Source of the DNA: Acidobacteriota bacterium
GTDB lineage: Bacteria > Acidobacteriota > Thermoanaerobaculia > Multivoradales > J023
NCBI GenBank assembly: GCA_039194425.1
Contig: JBCCVZ010000018.1
Span: 68,164-132,163 of the forward strand
Length of the DNA stretch: 64,000 nt
Direction of reading: 5' to 3'
The notes beneath the pieces were generated by a model. It did no database searches. It was given only the letters and a program-made list of their open reading frames with translations, and was not told the origin of the DNA. Below, piece by piece: positions 39,894-48,995 of this stretch (positions are counted from its first letter, which is position 1; the number at the start of each line of letters is the position of its first letter). The position numbers were made by a program, and so were the translations under genes.

Positions 39894-40895
39894 CTACGAG
39901 GCGTCGGCGGTGACGGCGACCGGCGCCGGTGTCTCCTCCTCGTCGAGGAAACCGTACTGGCGCATCCAGTCGTCGTTGACGAACTTGGTCAGGTAGTTGC
40001 GGATCGAGTCCGGCAGTAGGGCGAGCGCCCTCTTGGTCTCGGGGAAGACCTCGAGCGCCTCGAGCAGACCCCACACCGCCGAACCGGAGCTGCCACCGAC
40101 CAGCAGGCCTTCGTCGCGAATCAGCCGCCGGGCCATGGCGAAGGAGTCGTGGTCGTTGCAGTAGATCCAGTGATCGACCAGGTCGCGGTCGAGCACCTCG
40201 GGGATGAAGTCGTAGCCGATGCCTTCGACCTGGTACGTCTTGATCTCATCGCGGCCGCCGAGCACCGAGCCCTCGGGGTCGATGCCGACGATCTTGATGT
40301 TCGGATTCTTCTCTTTCAGGTAGCGCGCGGTGCCGGTGATCGTTCCACCGGTGCCGGCGGTGATCACCACGAGGTCGAGATCGTCGCCGAAGTCGTCCCA
40401 GATCTCCGGGCCGGTCGAGTGATAGTGCGCGTCCGGATTGTCGGAGTTGTCGTACTGATTGGGGATCGTGGCGTGCGGAATCTCTTGCTCGAGCCGCAGC
40501 GCGACGCCGAACAGGCTTTCCGGGTCGTCGTGTTCGGCCTCGGTCGGCGTACGGATGATCTGGGCACCGAGCGCCTCCATCACCACCTGCTTCTCCTGCG
40601 ACATCTTCTCGGGCATGGTGATGATCAGGCGATAGCCCTTGACCGCCGACACCATCGCCAGTCCGGTCCCGGTGTTGCCGCTGGTCGGCTCGATCAGCGT
40701 CGTCGTGCCCGGCTCGATGACGCCTTCTTGTTCGAGTCCGGCGACCATGCGGCGGGCGATACGGTCCTTGATCGAGCCGCCCGGATTCAGGTACTCGCAT
40801 TTGACGAAGAGCTCGGCCGGCTGCTCGGCACCGATGCGGTTCAGGCGCACCACCGGGGTGCCGCCGATGCAGTCGAGAATGTTGTCGTAGATCAT
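39894..40895 (-). CDS. PLP-dependent cysteine synthase / cystathionine beta-synthase family enzyme
   Basis: The Lys-PLP region is YLNPGGSIKDRIA. Other motifs are TSGNTGTGLAMV, GTGGTITG, and a CBS-like NQYDNSDNPDAHYHSTGPEIW. At 333 aa there are no CBS regulatory domains. Confidence 0.85.
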   Translation of the reverse strand: MIYDNILDCIGGTPVVRLNRIGAEQPAELFVKCEYLNPGGSIKDRIARRMVAGLEQEGVIEPGTTTLIEPTSGNTGTGLAMVSAVKGYRLIITMPEKMSQEKQVVMEALGAQIIRTPTEAEHDDPESLFGVALRLEQEIPHATIPNQYDNSDNPDAHYHSTGPEIWDDFGDDLDLVVITAGTGGTITGTARYLKEKNPNIKIVGIDPEGSVLGGRDEIKTYQVEGIGYDFIPEVLDRDLVDHWIYCNDHDSFAMARRLIRDEGLLVGGSSGSAVWGLLEALEVFPETKRALALLPDSIRNYLTKFVNDDWMRQYGFLDEEETPAPVAVTADAS

Positions 40896-40896
40896 G

Positions 40897-40949
40897 GTCT
40901 CTCCAGCGCTGGTTTCTCCAGCAGGGGCTCTCCAGCAGGGATCTCTCCC
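40897..40949 (-). promoter_or_regulatory. three direct repeats of CTGCTGGAGA(G/A) in the 5' leader of the cysteine-synthase gene
   Basis: On the minus strand the repeats read CCTGCTGGAGAGCC, CCTGCTGGAGAAACC and AGCGCTGGAGAGACC-ATG. The last copy supplies the Shine-Dalgarno sequence. Confidence 0.4.
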
Positions 40950-40964
40950 ACAGAAGGATCTGTC

Positions 40965-43811
40965 TCAGCGCTTCTGCCGCTGTGCGACGGCCGCCATGGC
41001 GCGTTTCGCGGTCGAGCGGACGACCGGGCTGGCCGAGGGATTCTGGGCGATCTTGTCGAGAATCTGGCGCCCCTGGCGGCTGCGCGTCATGTTGCCGATG
41101 TATTTGTTGGCGAATTCTTGCGTGCACTTCGGGTGATTCAGCGCCGCCACCAACGCCTGCTGGCGCGTGAAGAGCTCGGGACGGCGCAAGATCGTCTGCA
41201 AGACGGCCGAGTTGATCTCGCGCAGGCGCAGCACGCGCTCGACGTGCATCAGGCCGATGTGGCGTAGCGTCTCGCTGGCGACCCGCGGATCGGGGTGGGT
41301 GACGAACCAGTAGATGTAGCGCGCCGCGCCGGCGAGGCGCCGCTGAATGGTCAGTGGCAGGCTCTTGATGCCGGCGGGCGGCTTCGACGGCCCCTTGTCG
41401 CCCGACTCGCGGCGCGCCGCCTCGAGCGTCCGGCGCAGGCGCTCGAAGTAGTCGACCTTCAGGCCCTTCGACTGGGCGCGCGCCAGGAAGCGGCGCAAGA
41501 TGTCGTCGAAACGCTCAAAGTAGCCGGTCTCGACCAGGAAGCTGAAGCCGAGGAGCAGCATGATCAGCTTGGTGACGGCGTCGAACTCTTCGCGCGTGCG
41601 GAAGCCTTCGACCGCCTGCTCGATACGCGAGCGGGTGCAGTCGAAGAAGATCTTGCGCGCGTCCTCGCCTTCCTTGCGGCTCATGCGCTCGCCGATGGCG
41701 TAGATGCTGGTGATCGGAATCGACGGATGCGACACGACCTGCCACATCGCCTGCGGGCTGAGCTGCAGCGCCGCGTGATTGCGCACTTCCTGCTCGCCGT
41801 GCCCGAGCACCAGGCAGCGCCAGACGATCTGGAAGTCTTGCTCCGAAGGCCTGAGCCCGCTGCCTTCGAAGCGCTCGGCGAGCGCCGCCGCATCGGGCCG
41901 CTCGGTCGACGCCAGCAGCTCGCGCACGATGTGGAAGCGGCGATGCTCCACCGGCGGCGCCAGCAACACGTCGACAAAGCTGGTGTCGTCGGCACGCTTG
42001 TGGCCGCGGATCGAGAACAGGTCGTCGAGCAAGACGAGGTCGGCGGCCTCCCAGAGCTTCTTCAGCAGCTTGGCGTGGCGCTCCTCGCCGGGGTTGGTCT
42101 GGAGATACGCCAGGACGGCCTTCTTGTGATTGAGCAGCACTTCCGTGAGCGCGGTCTCGATGTCGAGCTCGTCGGCGCGCAGCAGCTGATCGATGGCGCG
42201 CAACACTTCGTCGTCGATTTCGGCGGTCGGCGCCGACGGCTCCTCGGCCCCGCGCGCCAGGCTGAGACAGCGATGCTCGAGCTTCTCGAGGATGACCACG
42301 GAGCGCGAGCGACGACGCGACGCGGCGCGCGCCATCGCCTCGAGACGACGCGAAACGACGAGCGGCGCCTTGGCGTCGGCCACCTGCTCACGCAGCCGCA
42401 GCCACACCGACCCCTCTTCCTTGCGCATCCTGGCGGCCGCCTCGGCGAGCTGGGCGAAGAAGCCCTGCGACCAGTTGTAGTCGATCGAGGCGTAGCTCTG
42501 GCAGAACGAGTTGAGCACCGAGTACATCTCGTCGACGGAGCCCGACAGCGCGTCGGCGGCCTGGATGTCGAGGCCCGACGCGGGGCCCTGGAGAAGGGCC
42601 AGCGCGAGCGAGGTCTGGCGCTGCATCCGCGCGACGGCGTCGTCGAGATCCGACAGGTCGCCGTCGGCGCGCGACGACGGCAGCTTGCACGAGTAGACGG
42701 GCTCGCGCTCCCAGCGCCCCTTGAAGCTGAAATGCGGCCGCAGACGCTCGTCGATGCGCTCGAGCAGGCGCCGCGTGATGGTCAGCTCGCCGGCGTCGGT
42801 ATTGCGCTTCTGCAGGTCGACGACGAAGCGCAGGTCGCTGGCCTGGATCTCCTCGATCGGCAGCTGGAAGACGATCACGGCGTCGTGCGCCGAGGCCCGC
42901 AGGTCGATGTCGCGGCCGAGCGGGTTCTGCTCCGGGTCGAGATTGAAGACCGGCAGGTTGTGCAGCACCTTGAGGCCGGTCATGATCGCGTGGTCGTAGC
43001 TGCGCCGGGCCCAGAACATCACCAGGCCGCCCTGGGAGCCCCACGCGAAGACTTCTCCACCGTAAGTCGCCGCGGTCGATTTCACCAGCTCGAGAAATCC
43101 GGCGGCTAGGCGTTGCAGCAACGCCGAGTCGTCGCCGAGCTCTTCGAGCAGCTTGTCCCAGCGCGCGATCTCAATCGACAGGAACGAGACCTCGTACGCC
43201 TTGCCGGGCTCCATCTTCTTCTCGAAGCGGGTCTGGCCCACCAGCGTCGGGCGCGGCTTGGCCTCGGCCGGTGCCGTCGGCGCCGCGGCGTCGCCCTGCA
43301 GCAGCTGGCGCAGCTCTGCGCCGAGCGTTGCCTCGAGCGACGCAGCGGTATCGAACTCGTGGTAGGCGAAGCGATTCTTCTCCGGCGAATCGAAGCGCCG
43401 ATGAAAGTGGCCGACCCGATCGAAGGCGCGGCTGTCGATCGCGGCCAGGCTCGTCGGCAAGCGCATGCAGCGCAGGAAGACGCAGCGCGGGCGGCGCAGA
43501 GTCTTCCAGTAGTTGTACGCGATCTCGAGATCACGCTCGGTGCACAGGCTCTCGCCTTTGGCGTCCGGCGCGTCGAAGCCCAGCCAGGACAGAGCGACGA
43601 AGAAGTCCTCCGGCTGCACCGGCAGATTGCGGAACGCGACGGTCTCGGGCAGGCTGGTGACCGGCGCCGCGGCCTGGTGCCAGTCGACGATCTCGATCGC
43701 CTCCGCGACACCGCTTCGCACGGATTCGTTGAGCGCAGCGACCACATTCGCCACCGCCTCGCGTTCGGCGGCGAGATCACTCGGAGCTGCCAGGTACAGT
43801 CGCATGGGCAT
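40965..43811 (-). CDS. large multidomain protein: N-terminal DUF4062-like domain, degenerate class-III nucleotide-cyclase-like core, C-terminal alpha-helical (HEAT/ARM-like) repeats
   Basis: Start taken at MPMRLYLAAPSDLAAEREAV (43811). The track's 1180-aa version extends into the divergent CRTAC1 gene. DUF4062 hallmarks are LYLAAPSDLAAEREAV..AL then DFFVALSWLGF...ESLCTERDLEIAY. The cyclase-like segment FLSIEIARW...YGGEVFAWGSQGGLVMFW lacks both metal-binding Asp residues. There is no P-loop. Confidence 0.5.
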   Translation of the reverse strand: MPMRLYLAAPSDLAAEREAVANVVAALNESVRSGVAEAIEIVDWHQAAAPVTSLPETVAFRNLPVQPEDFFVALSWLGFDAPDAKGESLCTERDLEIAYNYWKTLRRPRCVFLRCMRLPTSLAAIDSRAFDRVGHFHRRFDSPEKNRFAYHEFDTAASLEATLGAELRQLLQGDAAAPTAPAEAKPRPTLVGQTRFEKKMEPGKAYEVSFLSIEIARWDKLLEELGDDSALLQRLAAGFLELVKSTAATYGGEVFAWGSQGGLVMFWARRSYDHAIMTGLKVLHNLPVFNLDPEQNPLGRDIDLRASAHDAVIVFQLPIEEIQASDLRFVVDLQKRNTDAGELTITRRLLERIDERLRPHFSFKGRWEREPVYSCKLPSSRADGDLSDLDDAVARMQRQTSLALALLQGPASGLDIQAADALSGSVDEMYSVLNSFCQSYASIDYNWSQGFFAQLAEAAARMRKEEGSVWLRLREQVADAKAPLVVSRRLEAMARAASRRRSRSVVILEKLEHRCLSLARGAEEPSAPTAEIDDEVLRAIDQLLRADELDIETALTEVLLNHKKAVLAYLQTNPGEERHAKLLKKLWEAADLVLLDDLFSIRGHKRADDTSFVDVLLAPPVEHRRFHIVRELLASTERPDAAALAERFEGSGLRPSEQDFQIVWRCLVLGHGEQEVRNHAALQLSPQAMWQVVSHPSIPITSIYAIGERMSRKEGEDARKIFFDCTRSRIEQAVEGFRTREEFDAVTKLIMLLLGFSFLVETGYFERFDDILRRFLARAQSKGLKVDYFERLRRTLEAARRESGDKGPSKPPAGIKSLPLTIQRRLAGAARYIYWFVTHPDPRVASETLRHIGLMHVERVLRLREINSAVLQTILRRPELFTRQQALVAALNHPKCTQEFANKYIGNMTRSRQGRQILDKIAQNPSASPVVRSTAKRAMAAVAQRQKR

Positions 43812-43952
43812 CCTTCGGAGCGGATCGGACGTCGAGAGAAAACGTCGGTGCGAGAGTTCGAGCGAGGGGCTGGCGGGAACGTCCCGCGCGCTGACCGGGA
43901 GTGGCAGATCGTAGCATGCTGCCGGATCCATCGTCTCGGCTACAATCGCGCC

Positions 43953-45788
43953 ATGCGCGCCACGCACTTCGCCCCCAGATCCTTCCTTCGTTCGTCGCTC
44001 ACGACCCTTTCGAGCCCGCACCGAACGGTCGCTTTCTGCCTGTCCATGGGATCTCTGCTCGGCCTCGGCGGAGCTCCGACGAGCCTCGCCGAGCAGACCG
44101 CTCCGTGGTTGCCCGACGTGGCGGCGGAGGTCGGTCTCCGCGTCGACCACGCCAACGGCGCCGACGGCCGGCTGCGCTTCCCGGAGATGATGTCGACCGG
44201 CGCCGCGCTCTTCGACGCCGACGGCGACGGCGACCTCGACGTCTTCCTCACCCAGGGAGACGGTCCCGACCGTCTCTTCCTCAATCGCCTCGAGCGCGGC
44301 TCGCTGCGCTTCGAGGAGGCACCGCGCGCCGGATTCGCCAGCCTCGGCGACGGCGCGGCGGGTGAGGCCATGGGCGTTGCCGCGGGCGATCTCGACGGCG
44401 ACGGAGACGTCGACCTCTTCGTCGCCAACCTCGAGACCGACCACCTGTGGCGCAATCGCGGAGACGGCACCTTTGACGAGGTCGGTGCTCGCTCCGGCGT
44501 CGCGCACGACGGATGGAGCATCGGCGCCACCGTCTTCGACGCCGACCGCGACGGCGCTCTTGATCTCTTCGTCATCGACTACGTCGTCTACGACGCGTCG
44601 ATCGAGTGCTACGACGACTCGAGCCGGCGCAACTACTGCGGCCCCGATGCCTACCCGCCGGCGCCCAACCGCCTGCTGCGCGGACGCGGCGACGGCACCT
44701 TCGAAGACACCTCCGCCGCCGCCGGTCTGGCGACGCCCCCGGGACCGAGCCTGGGGGTCGTCGCCGAGGACCTCGACGACGACGGCCGGCTCGACCTCTA
44801 CGTCGCCAACGACGGGCGCGCCAACCGCCTGTGGCTGGCCGGCGACGACGGCACCTTTCGCGACGAGGCGCTGCTCGCCGGCGCCGCGGTGAATCTAGCC
44901 GGTGCCGCCGAGGCGGGCATGGGTATCGCCGTCGGCGACGTCGACGCGAACGGCACGTTCGACCTGCTGGTCACGCATCTCGACGGCGAAACGCACACTC
45001 TCTACGCGGGCGCCGGCGGTGGCCTGTTCGAAGATCGCACCGTCGCCTGGGGGCTGGCCGCAGCGTCGATGCCGTGGACCTCGTTCGGCACCGGCTTCTT
45101 CGATCTCGAGAACGACGGCGACCTCGATCTCTTCGTCGCCAGCGGCGCGGTCAAGCTGCCGACCCGACTGGCCGACGGCGCCGCGCCGAGCCTCGGCCAG
45201 CCGAATCAGCTCTACCGCAACGACGGCCGTCGCTTCGCCGAAGTCTCCGAGCGGGCGGGAGCGAGCTTCGCGCAGCGCGAGACCTCGCGCGCCGCCGCCT
45301 TCGGCGACGTCGACAACGACGGCGACGTCGACATTCTGCTGGCCAACAATGGCGGACCGATCCGTCTGCTGCGCAACGACGCCGCCAACGGCTCGCGCTG
45401 GATCGGTCTGCGCGTCGTCGAACCGGCGCCGCGGGGCGGCGACGGCGCGGTGCGCGACGCTCTCGGCGCGCGGGTCGAGGTGGCGCTCGACCAGGCCGGC
45501 ACCCGCACGGTGCTGCGCCGCGTCGCCACCGACGGCAGCTACGCCGCCGCCAGCGACCCACGCGTCCTCGTCGGCCTCGGGGACCGCGCGGGATCGACCA
45601 GCGGCGCGATCCGCGTCCGCTGGCCCGACGGCAGCTGGGAGCGCTTCCCGCCGGCACCGGCCGGACGCTACACGACCCTGCGCCGGGGTGCCGGCAGCGC
45701 CGCAACCGACGGCTCCGAAGCGCCCGAGGCGGACGCGGAGCCACGAGGTGAGGCACAAAGCCAGCGCGGCGACGGGGAGCAGCGATGA
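43953..45788 (+). CDS. CRTAC1-family protein (FG-GAP/VCBS repeats + ASPIC/UnbV C-terminal domain)
   Basis: ATG at 43953 (MRATHFAP) with a signal peptide. The repeated FG-GAP motifs are FDADGDGDLDVF, AAGDLDGDGDVDLFVAN, VFDADRDGALDLFV, AEDLDDDGRLDLYVAN and FGDVDNDGDVDILLAN. The C-terminal UnbV_ASPIC-like region is GARVEVALDQAGTRTVLRRVATDGSYAAASDPRVLVGLG...IRVRWPDGSWERF. Confidence 0.8.
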   Translation: MRATHFAPRSFLRSSLTTLSSPHRTVAFCLSMGSLLGLGGAPTSLAEQTAPWLPDVAAEVGLRVDHANGADGRLRFPEMMSTGAALFDADGDGDLDVFLTQGDGPDRLFLNRLERGSLRFEEAPRAGFASLGDGAAGEAMGVAAGDLDGDGDVDLFVANLETDHLWRNRGDGTFDEVGARSGVAHDGWSIGATVFDADRDGALDLFVIDYVVYDASIECYDDSSRRNYCGPDAYPPAPNRLLRGRGDGTFEDTSAAAGLATPPGPSLGVVAEDLDDDGRLDLYVANDGRANRLWLAGDDGTFRDEALLAGAAVNLAGAAEAGMGIAVGDVDANGTFDLLVTHLDGETHTLYAGAGGGLFEDRTVAWGLAAASMPWTSFGTGFFDLENDGDLDLFVASGAVKLPTRLADGAAPSLGQPNQLYRNDGRRFAEVSERAGASFAQRETSRAAAFGDVDNDGDVDILLANNGGPIRLLRNDAANGSRWIGLRVVEPAPRGGDGAVRDALGARVEVALDQAGTRTVLRRVATDGSYAAASDPRVLVGLGDRAGSTSGAIRVRWPDGSWERFPPAPAGRYTTLRRGAGSAATDGSEAPEADAEPRGEAQSQRGDGEQR

Positions 45789-47152
45789 AGCACCTCTGGC
45801 TGCTCGCGGCGCTCGTCTGGGGCTGCGTTTCGCTCGCGGCAGGCGCCCAGGAAATGCAGTCCCCGCCGCCCGGTCGACAGCCGCAGCTCGAGCCGGTGCC
45901 GCGCCCGAGCCTCGAGGCAGTCGAGCCACTGGTCGCCGAAGGCCTCGAGGCCGACCATGCGGCGGTCGATGCCCTCCTTGCGCAGGCCCGCGAGCCCGAG
46001 GGCATCGACGGCCTCGAGCTCGCCGACGCCTTCGTCGAGCTCGCGCTGTCGTACCATGCCCATGCCTTCTACGAGTCTGCGCTCGCCGGCTATCGCAATG
46101 CCGCGCGCCTGCTGCCCGACGACCCGCGCTGGCCTCATGCGATCGGCGTCGCCGAGGCGACGCGAAGCAACCTGGAGGCCGCCACCACCGCCTTTGAGAA
46201 CGCGCTGAGGCTCGATCCGTCGTCGCCGGCGACTCGCTTGCACCTGGCCGACGCGCACCTCGCCGCCGGGCGGCTCGACGACGCCGACGCGCTGGCCCGC
46301 TCGGTGCTCGACGAGCTTCCCGACCAGCCGGCGGCGCTCGACCTGGTCGGCCGCATCGCGCTCGAGCGACGCGAGTTCCAGACCGCCGCCGACGCCTTCG
46401 AGGCCGCGCTCGTGAAGCTGCCGGACGCCAACCGCCTGCACTACCCGCTCGCTCTCGCCTACCGTGGCCTCGGCGACCTCGACGCGGCCCGTCGACACCT
46501 CGAGCTGCGCGGAGGCGTCGGGGTGCGTCCTCCGGATCCGCTCCTCGCCGCGATCGAAGAGCGTGAGAGCGGTGTCCGGGCGATGATCCTGCGCGGCCGA
46601 CGCGCCTTCCGCTACGCGCGCTACGCCGACGCCGCCGCGGCCTTCGCCCGAGCCGTCGACGCCGATCCGACGCATCTCGCGGCACGGGTGAACCTCGGCG
46701 CGTCCCTGATCCAGGCCGGCGATCTCGACGCGGGAGAGGCCGCGCTGCGTGCGGCGCTCGAGCTCGATCCCGACAACGGCGAGACCTGGCACAACCTGGG
46801 CCGAGTCGCCCTGATGCGCGGCAAGCCGACGCGCGCCGCCAATGCTCTACGCCGCGCCGTCGCGCTCGATGGTGACGACTTCGAGAGCCGGCGCCAGCTC
46901 GCCGTCGCGCTGCAGCATCTCGGCGACAAGGCGGGCGCCGCCACGCAGCTCCAGGCCGTCGTTGGCGGCGCACCCCACGACGAGAACGCCCACCTGGCTC
47001 TGGCTCAGCTGCTCCTCGACCTGGGTCGCAACGGCGCCGCCCTTACCGCTCTGCGGCAGGCGGCCGCTGATCTGCCCAACTCGGAGCGCATCGCGGCCGC
47101 CCTCTCGGGCCTCGAGGCCGCGCTCGCCGAGTCCTCGACCGATCCTCAGTGA
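45785..47152 (+). CDS. TPR-repeat protein (secreted)
   Basis: Signal peptide MKHLWLLAALVWGCVSLAAGA, then multiple TPR-like A/L/R-rich repeats. Its start overlaps the CRTAC1 stop in an ATGA, so the two form a pair. Confidence 0.8.
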   Translation: MKHLWLLAALVWGCVSLAAGAQEMQSPPPGRQPQLEPVPRPSLEAVEPLVAEGLEADHAAVDALLAQAREPEGIDGLELADAFVELALSYHAHAFYESALAGYRNAARLLPDDPRWPHAIGVAEATRSNLEAATTAFENALRLDPSSPATRLHLADAHLAAGRLDDADALARSVLDELPDQPAALDLVGRIALERREFQTAADAFEAALVKLPDANRLHYPLALAYRGLGDLDAARRHLELRGGVGVRPPDPLLAAIEERESGVRAMILRGRRAFRYARYADAAAAFARAVDADPTHLAARVNLGASLIQAGDLDAGEAALRAALELDPDNGETWHNLGRVALMRGKPTRAANALRRAVALDGDDFESRRQLAVALQHLGDKAGAATQLQAVVGGAPHDENAHLALAQLLLDLGRNGAALTALRQAAADLPNSERIAAALSGLEAALAESSTDPQ

Positions 47153-47342
47153 GACGAATCGGCTATACTCATTCTCAAGGTCTTTTGTTGAGGTTTTCGT
47201 CTCTCTGACACGTCGTTTTGCCGACCGGCCGTCGGCCCGCTCCCAGCCTGGCACTGCGAGGTCCGCCGTGGACCTCTTGCCGTTCGACTGTCCGACCGCG
47301 GACTGGTCGAACGTTCTCTGCCCGACCGACCAGGAGCGAACC

Positions 47343-48995
47343 ATGGACCGCCGTCTGCTCTGCCTCCTCACCCTTCTCGCCTGCCTGCCCGCGCTCGCCG
47401 CGACGCCGCCCCAGATCACGCCCGCCGCCGACATGACCCGGGTCGACTGGACGATCTCCGAGCGACACGCCGGCGCCACCCTGACCGTCGCGGCGCCCGA
47501 CGGCCGCGTGTTCAGCCAGGTCGCGGCACCGGGCGAGACACTCGCATTCGTGCCCGCCGCGCTCGATTCGCAGCTGCCGGACGGGCGCTACGACTGGCAG
47601 GTCGTCCTCGCCCCGGTGCTCGATGCCGACCAGCAGCGAGACCTCGCCGCCGCGCGCCATCAGCCGGGCCGAGTCCACGCCGTCCAGACCCGAGCGGTGA
47701 GCGGCACCTTCGTGCTCGCTGGCGGCCTCGTCGTCTGGGACGCCGACGCGCTCGAGCCGACCGCGGGCAGCCCCGTTCCCGGCCCGCGGCCCAAGGACGG
47801 AGCGCCGGCGGCCAAGCAGTTCATTCCCGAAGATCTGATCGTCGAAGGCAGCACCTGCATCGGCGTCGACTGTGTCGACGGTGAGACCTTCGGCTTCGAC
47901 ACGCTGCGCCTCGACGAGTCGAATCTCCGTCTGCACTTCGACGACACCAGCACCACAGGCTTCTTTCCGCGCAATGATTGGCGCATCGTCGCCAACGACA
48001 CCGCCAACGGCGGCGGCGAGTTCTGGGCGCTCGAAGACGCCACCGCCAGCGACCAGCCGCTGCGCGTCACCGCCGGCGCCGGCCCCAACGCGCTCTACGT
48101 CGACGCCGCGGGCGATGTCGGCCTCGGCACGGCCACGCCGGTGCTCGAGCTGCACATCGCCGACGGCGACACACCCGGCCTGCGCCTCGAGCAGGACACC
48201 TCGGCCGGCCTCACCGCTCAGAGCTGGGACCTCGCCGGCGACGAGACGAGCCTCTTCGTGCGCGACGTGACCAACGCCTCGTCGCGCCCGCTGCAGATCG
48301 AGGCCGCTGCCGAGGACGACTCAGTCATCGTCGCGAGCGGTCGAGTCGGCCTGTTCACCGACAGCCCCACGGCGGCGCTGCATGTGCGGCGGAGCGACGA
48401 GACCGCGAAGATCCTGGTCGAGGAAACAAACGGTACGGCATCGGCGTCCGCTCGCACTCTGCTCCAGCTCACCAACAACGGCAAGCTCGGCCTCCGAATG
48501 GCCGACACCAACTCCGGCAATACCTGGAAGCTGGAGAACGATCCCAATGCCTTCCTCATCACGCTCGACGGGAGCGGCGCCACCGAATTCGGTCTCACGA
48601 ACTCGGGCAGTGTAGTCATCACCGGCACACTGACCGAGGGTTCCGATATCGCCCGCAAGGACAGTTTCCAGCCGATCGATCCGGGCCAGATCCTCTCCCA
48701 GGTCACGGCCCTACCACTCTCGACCTGGAGCTACATCGACGACCCGTCGGGCGCTCGCCACATCGGACCGATGGCGCAGGACTTCTTCGCGGCGTTCGGC
48801 CTCGGCGGCACCGCCACGGGAATCCAGCCGCGCAATCTGAGCGCGGTGGCGCTCGCGGCGATCCAGGGACTGCACGCCGAGCTCGAGGCCAAGGAGCGAC
48901 GGATCGAAGAGCTCGAGGCCGGGCACAGCCAGCTGGAGGAGCTCGAGCGACGGCTGAGGCAGCTGGAAGCTCACAAGATCACGCCGCAGGACTAG
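47343..48995 (+). CDS. secreted fibre-like protein with C-terminal intramolecular-chaperone (peptidase S74 / endosialidase-chaperone-like) autoproteolytic domain, paralog A
   Basis: Signal peptide MDRRLLCLLTLLACLPALAA. The conserved core FGFDTLRLDESNLRLHFDDTS...NDWRIVAN is shared with paralogs B and C. The C-terminus GTLTEGSDIARKDSFQPIDPGQILSQVTALPLSTWSYIDD...HIGPMAQDFFAAFGLGG...LSAVALAAIQGLHAELEAKERRIEELE carries an S-D-x3-K putative cleavage dyad and a coiled coil. Confidence 0.7.
   Translation: MDRRLLCLLTLLACLPALAATPPQITPAADMTRVDWTISERHAGATLTVAAPDGRVFSQVAAPGETLAFVPAALDSQLPDGRYDWQVVLAPVLDADQQRDLAAARHQPGRVHAVQTRAVSGTFVLAGGLVVWDADALEPTAGSPVPGPRPKDGAPAAKQFIPEDLIVEGSTCIGVDCVDGETFGFDTLRLDESNLRLHFDDTSTTGFFPRNDWRIVANDTANGGGEFWALEDATASDQPLRVTAGAGPNALYVDAAGDVGLGTATPVLELHIADGDTPGLRLEQDTSAGLTAQSWDLAGDETSLFVRDVTNASSRPLQIEAAAEDDSVIVASGRVGLFTDSPTAALHVRRSDETAKILVEETNGTASASARTLLQLTNNGKLGLRMADTNSGNTWKLENDPNAFLITLDGSGATEFGLTNSGSVVITGTLTEGSDIARKDSFQPIDPGQILSQVTALPLSTWSYIDDPSGARHIGPMAQDFFAAFGLGGTATGIQPRNLSAVALAAIQGLHAELEAKERRIEELEAGHSQLEELERRLRQLEAHKITPQD

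Noticed and set aside
43811-44507. N-terminal 232-aa extension of the DUF4062 protein in the track (and the alternative MDPAAC start near 43931)
   Set aside because: The extension overlaps the divergent CRTAC1 gene start and its -10 box, and its translation is E/V/A/G-rich with no domain signal. The MPMRLYL start at 43811 is in frame and leaves a normal divergent intergenic region.
47218-47236. Hairpin GCCGACcggccGTCGGC downstream of the TPR gene, considered as a terminator
   Set aside because: The T-run precedes rather than follows the stem on the + strand, and there is no U-tract on either strand downstream, so it is not a convincing intrinsic terminator.
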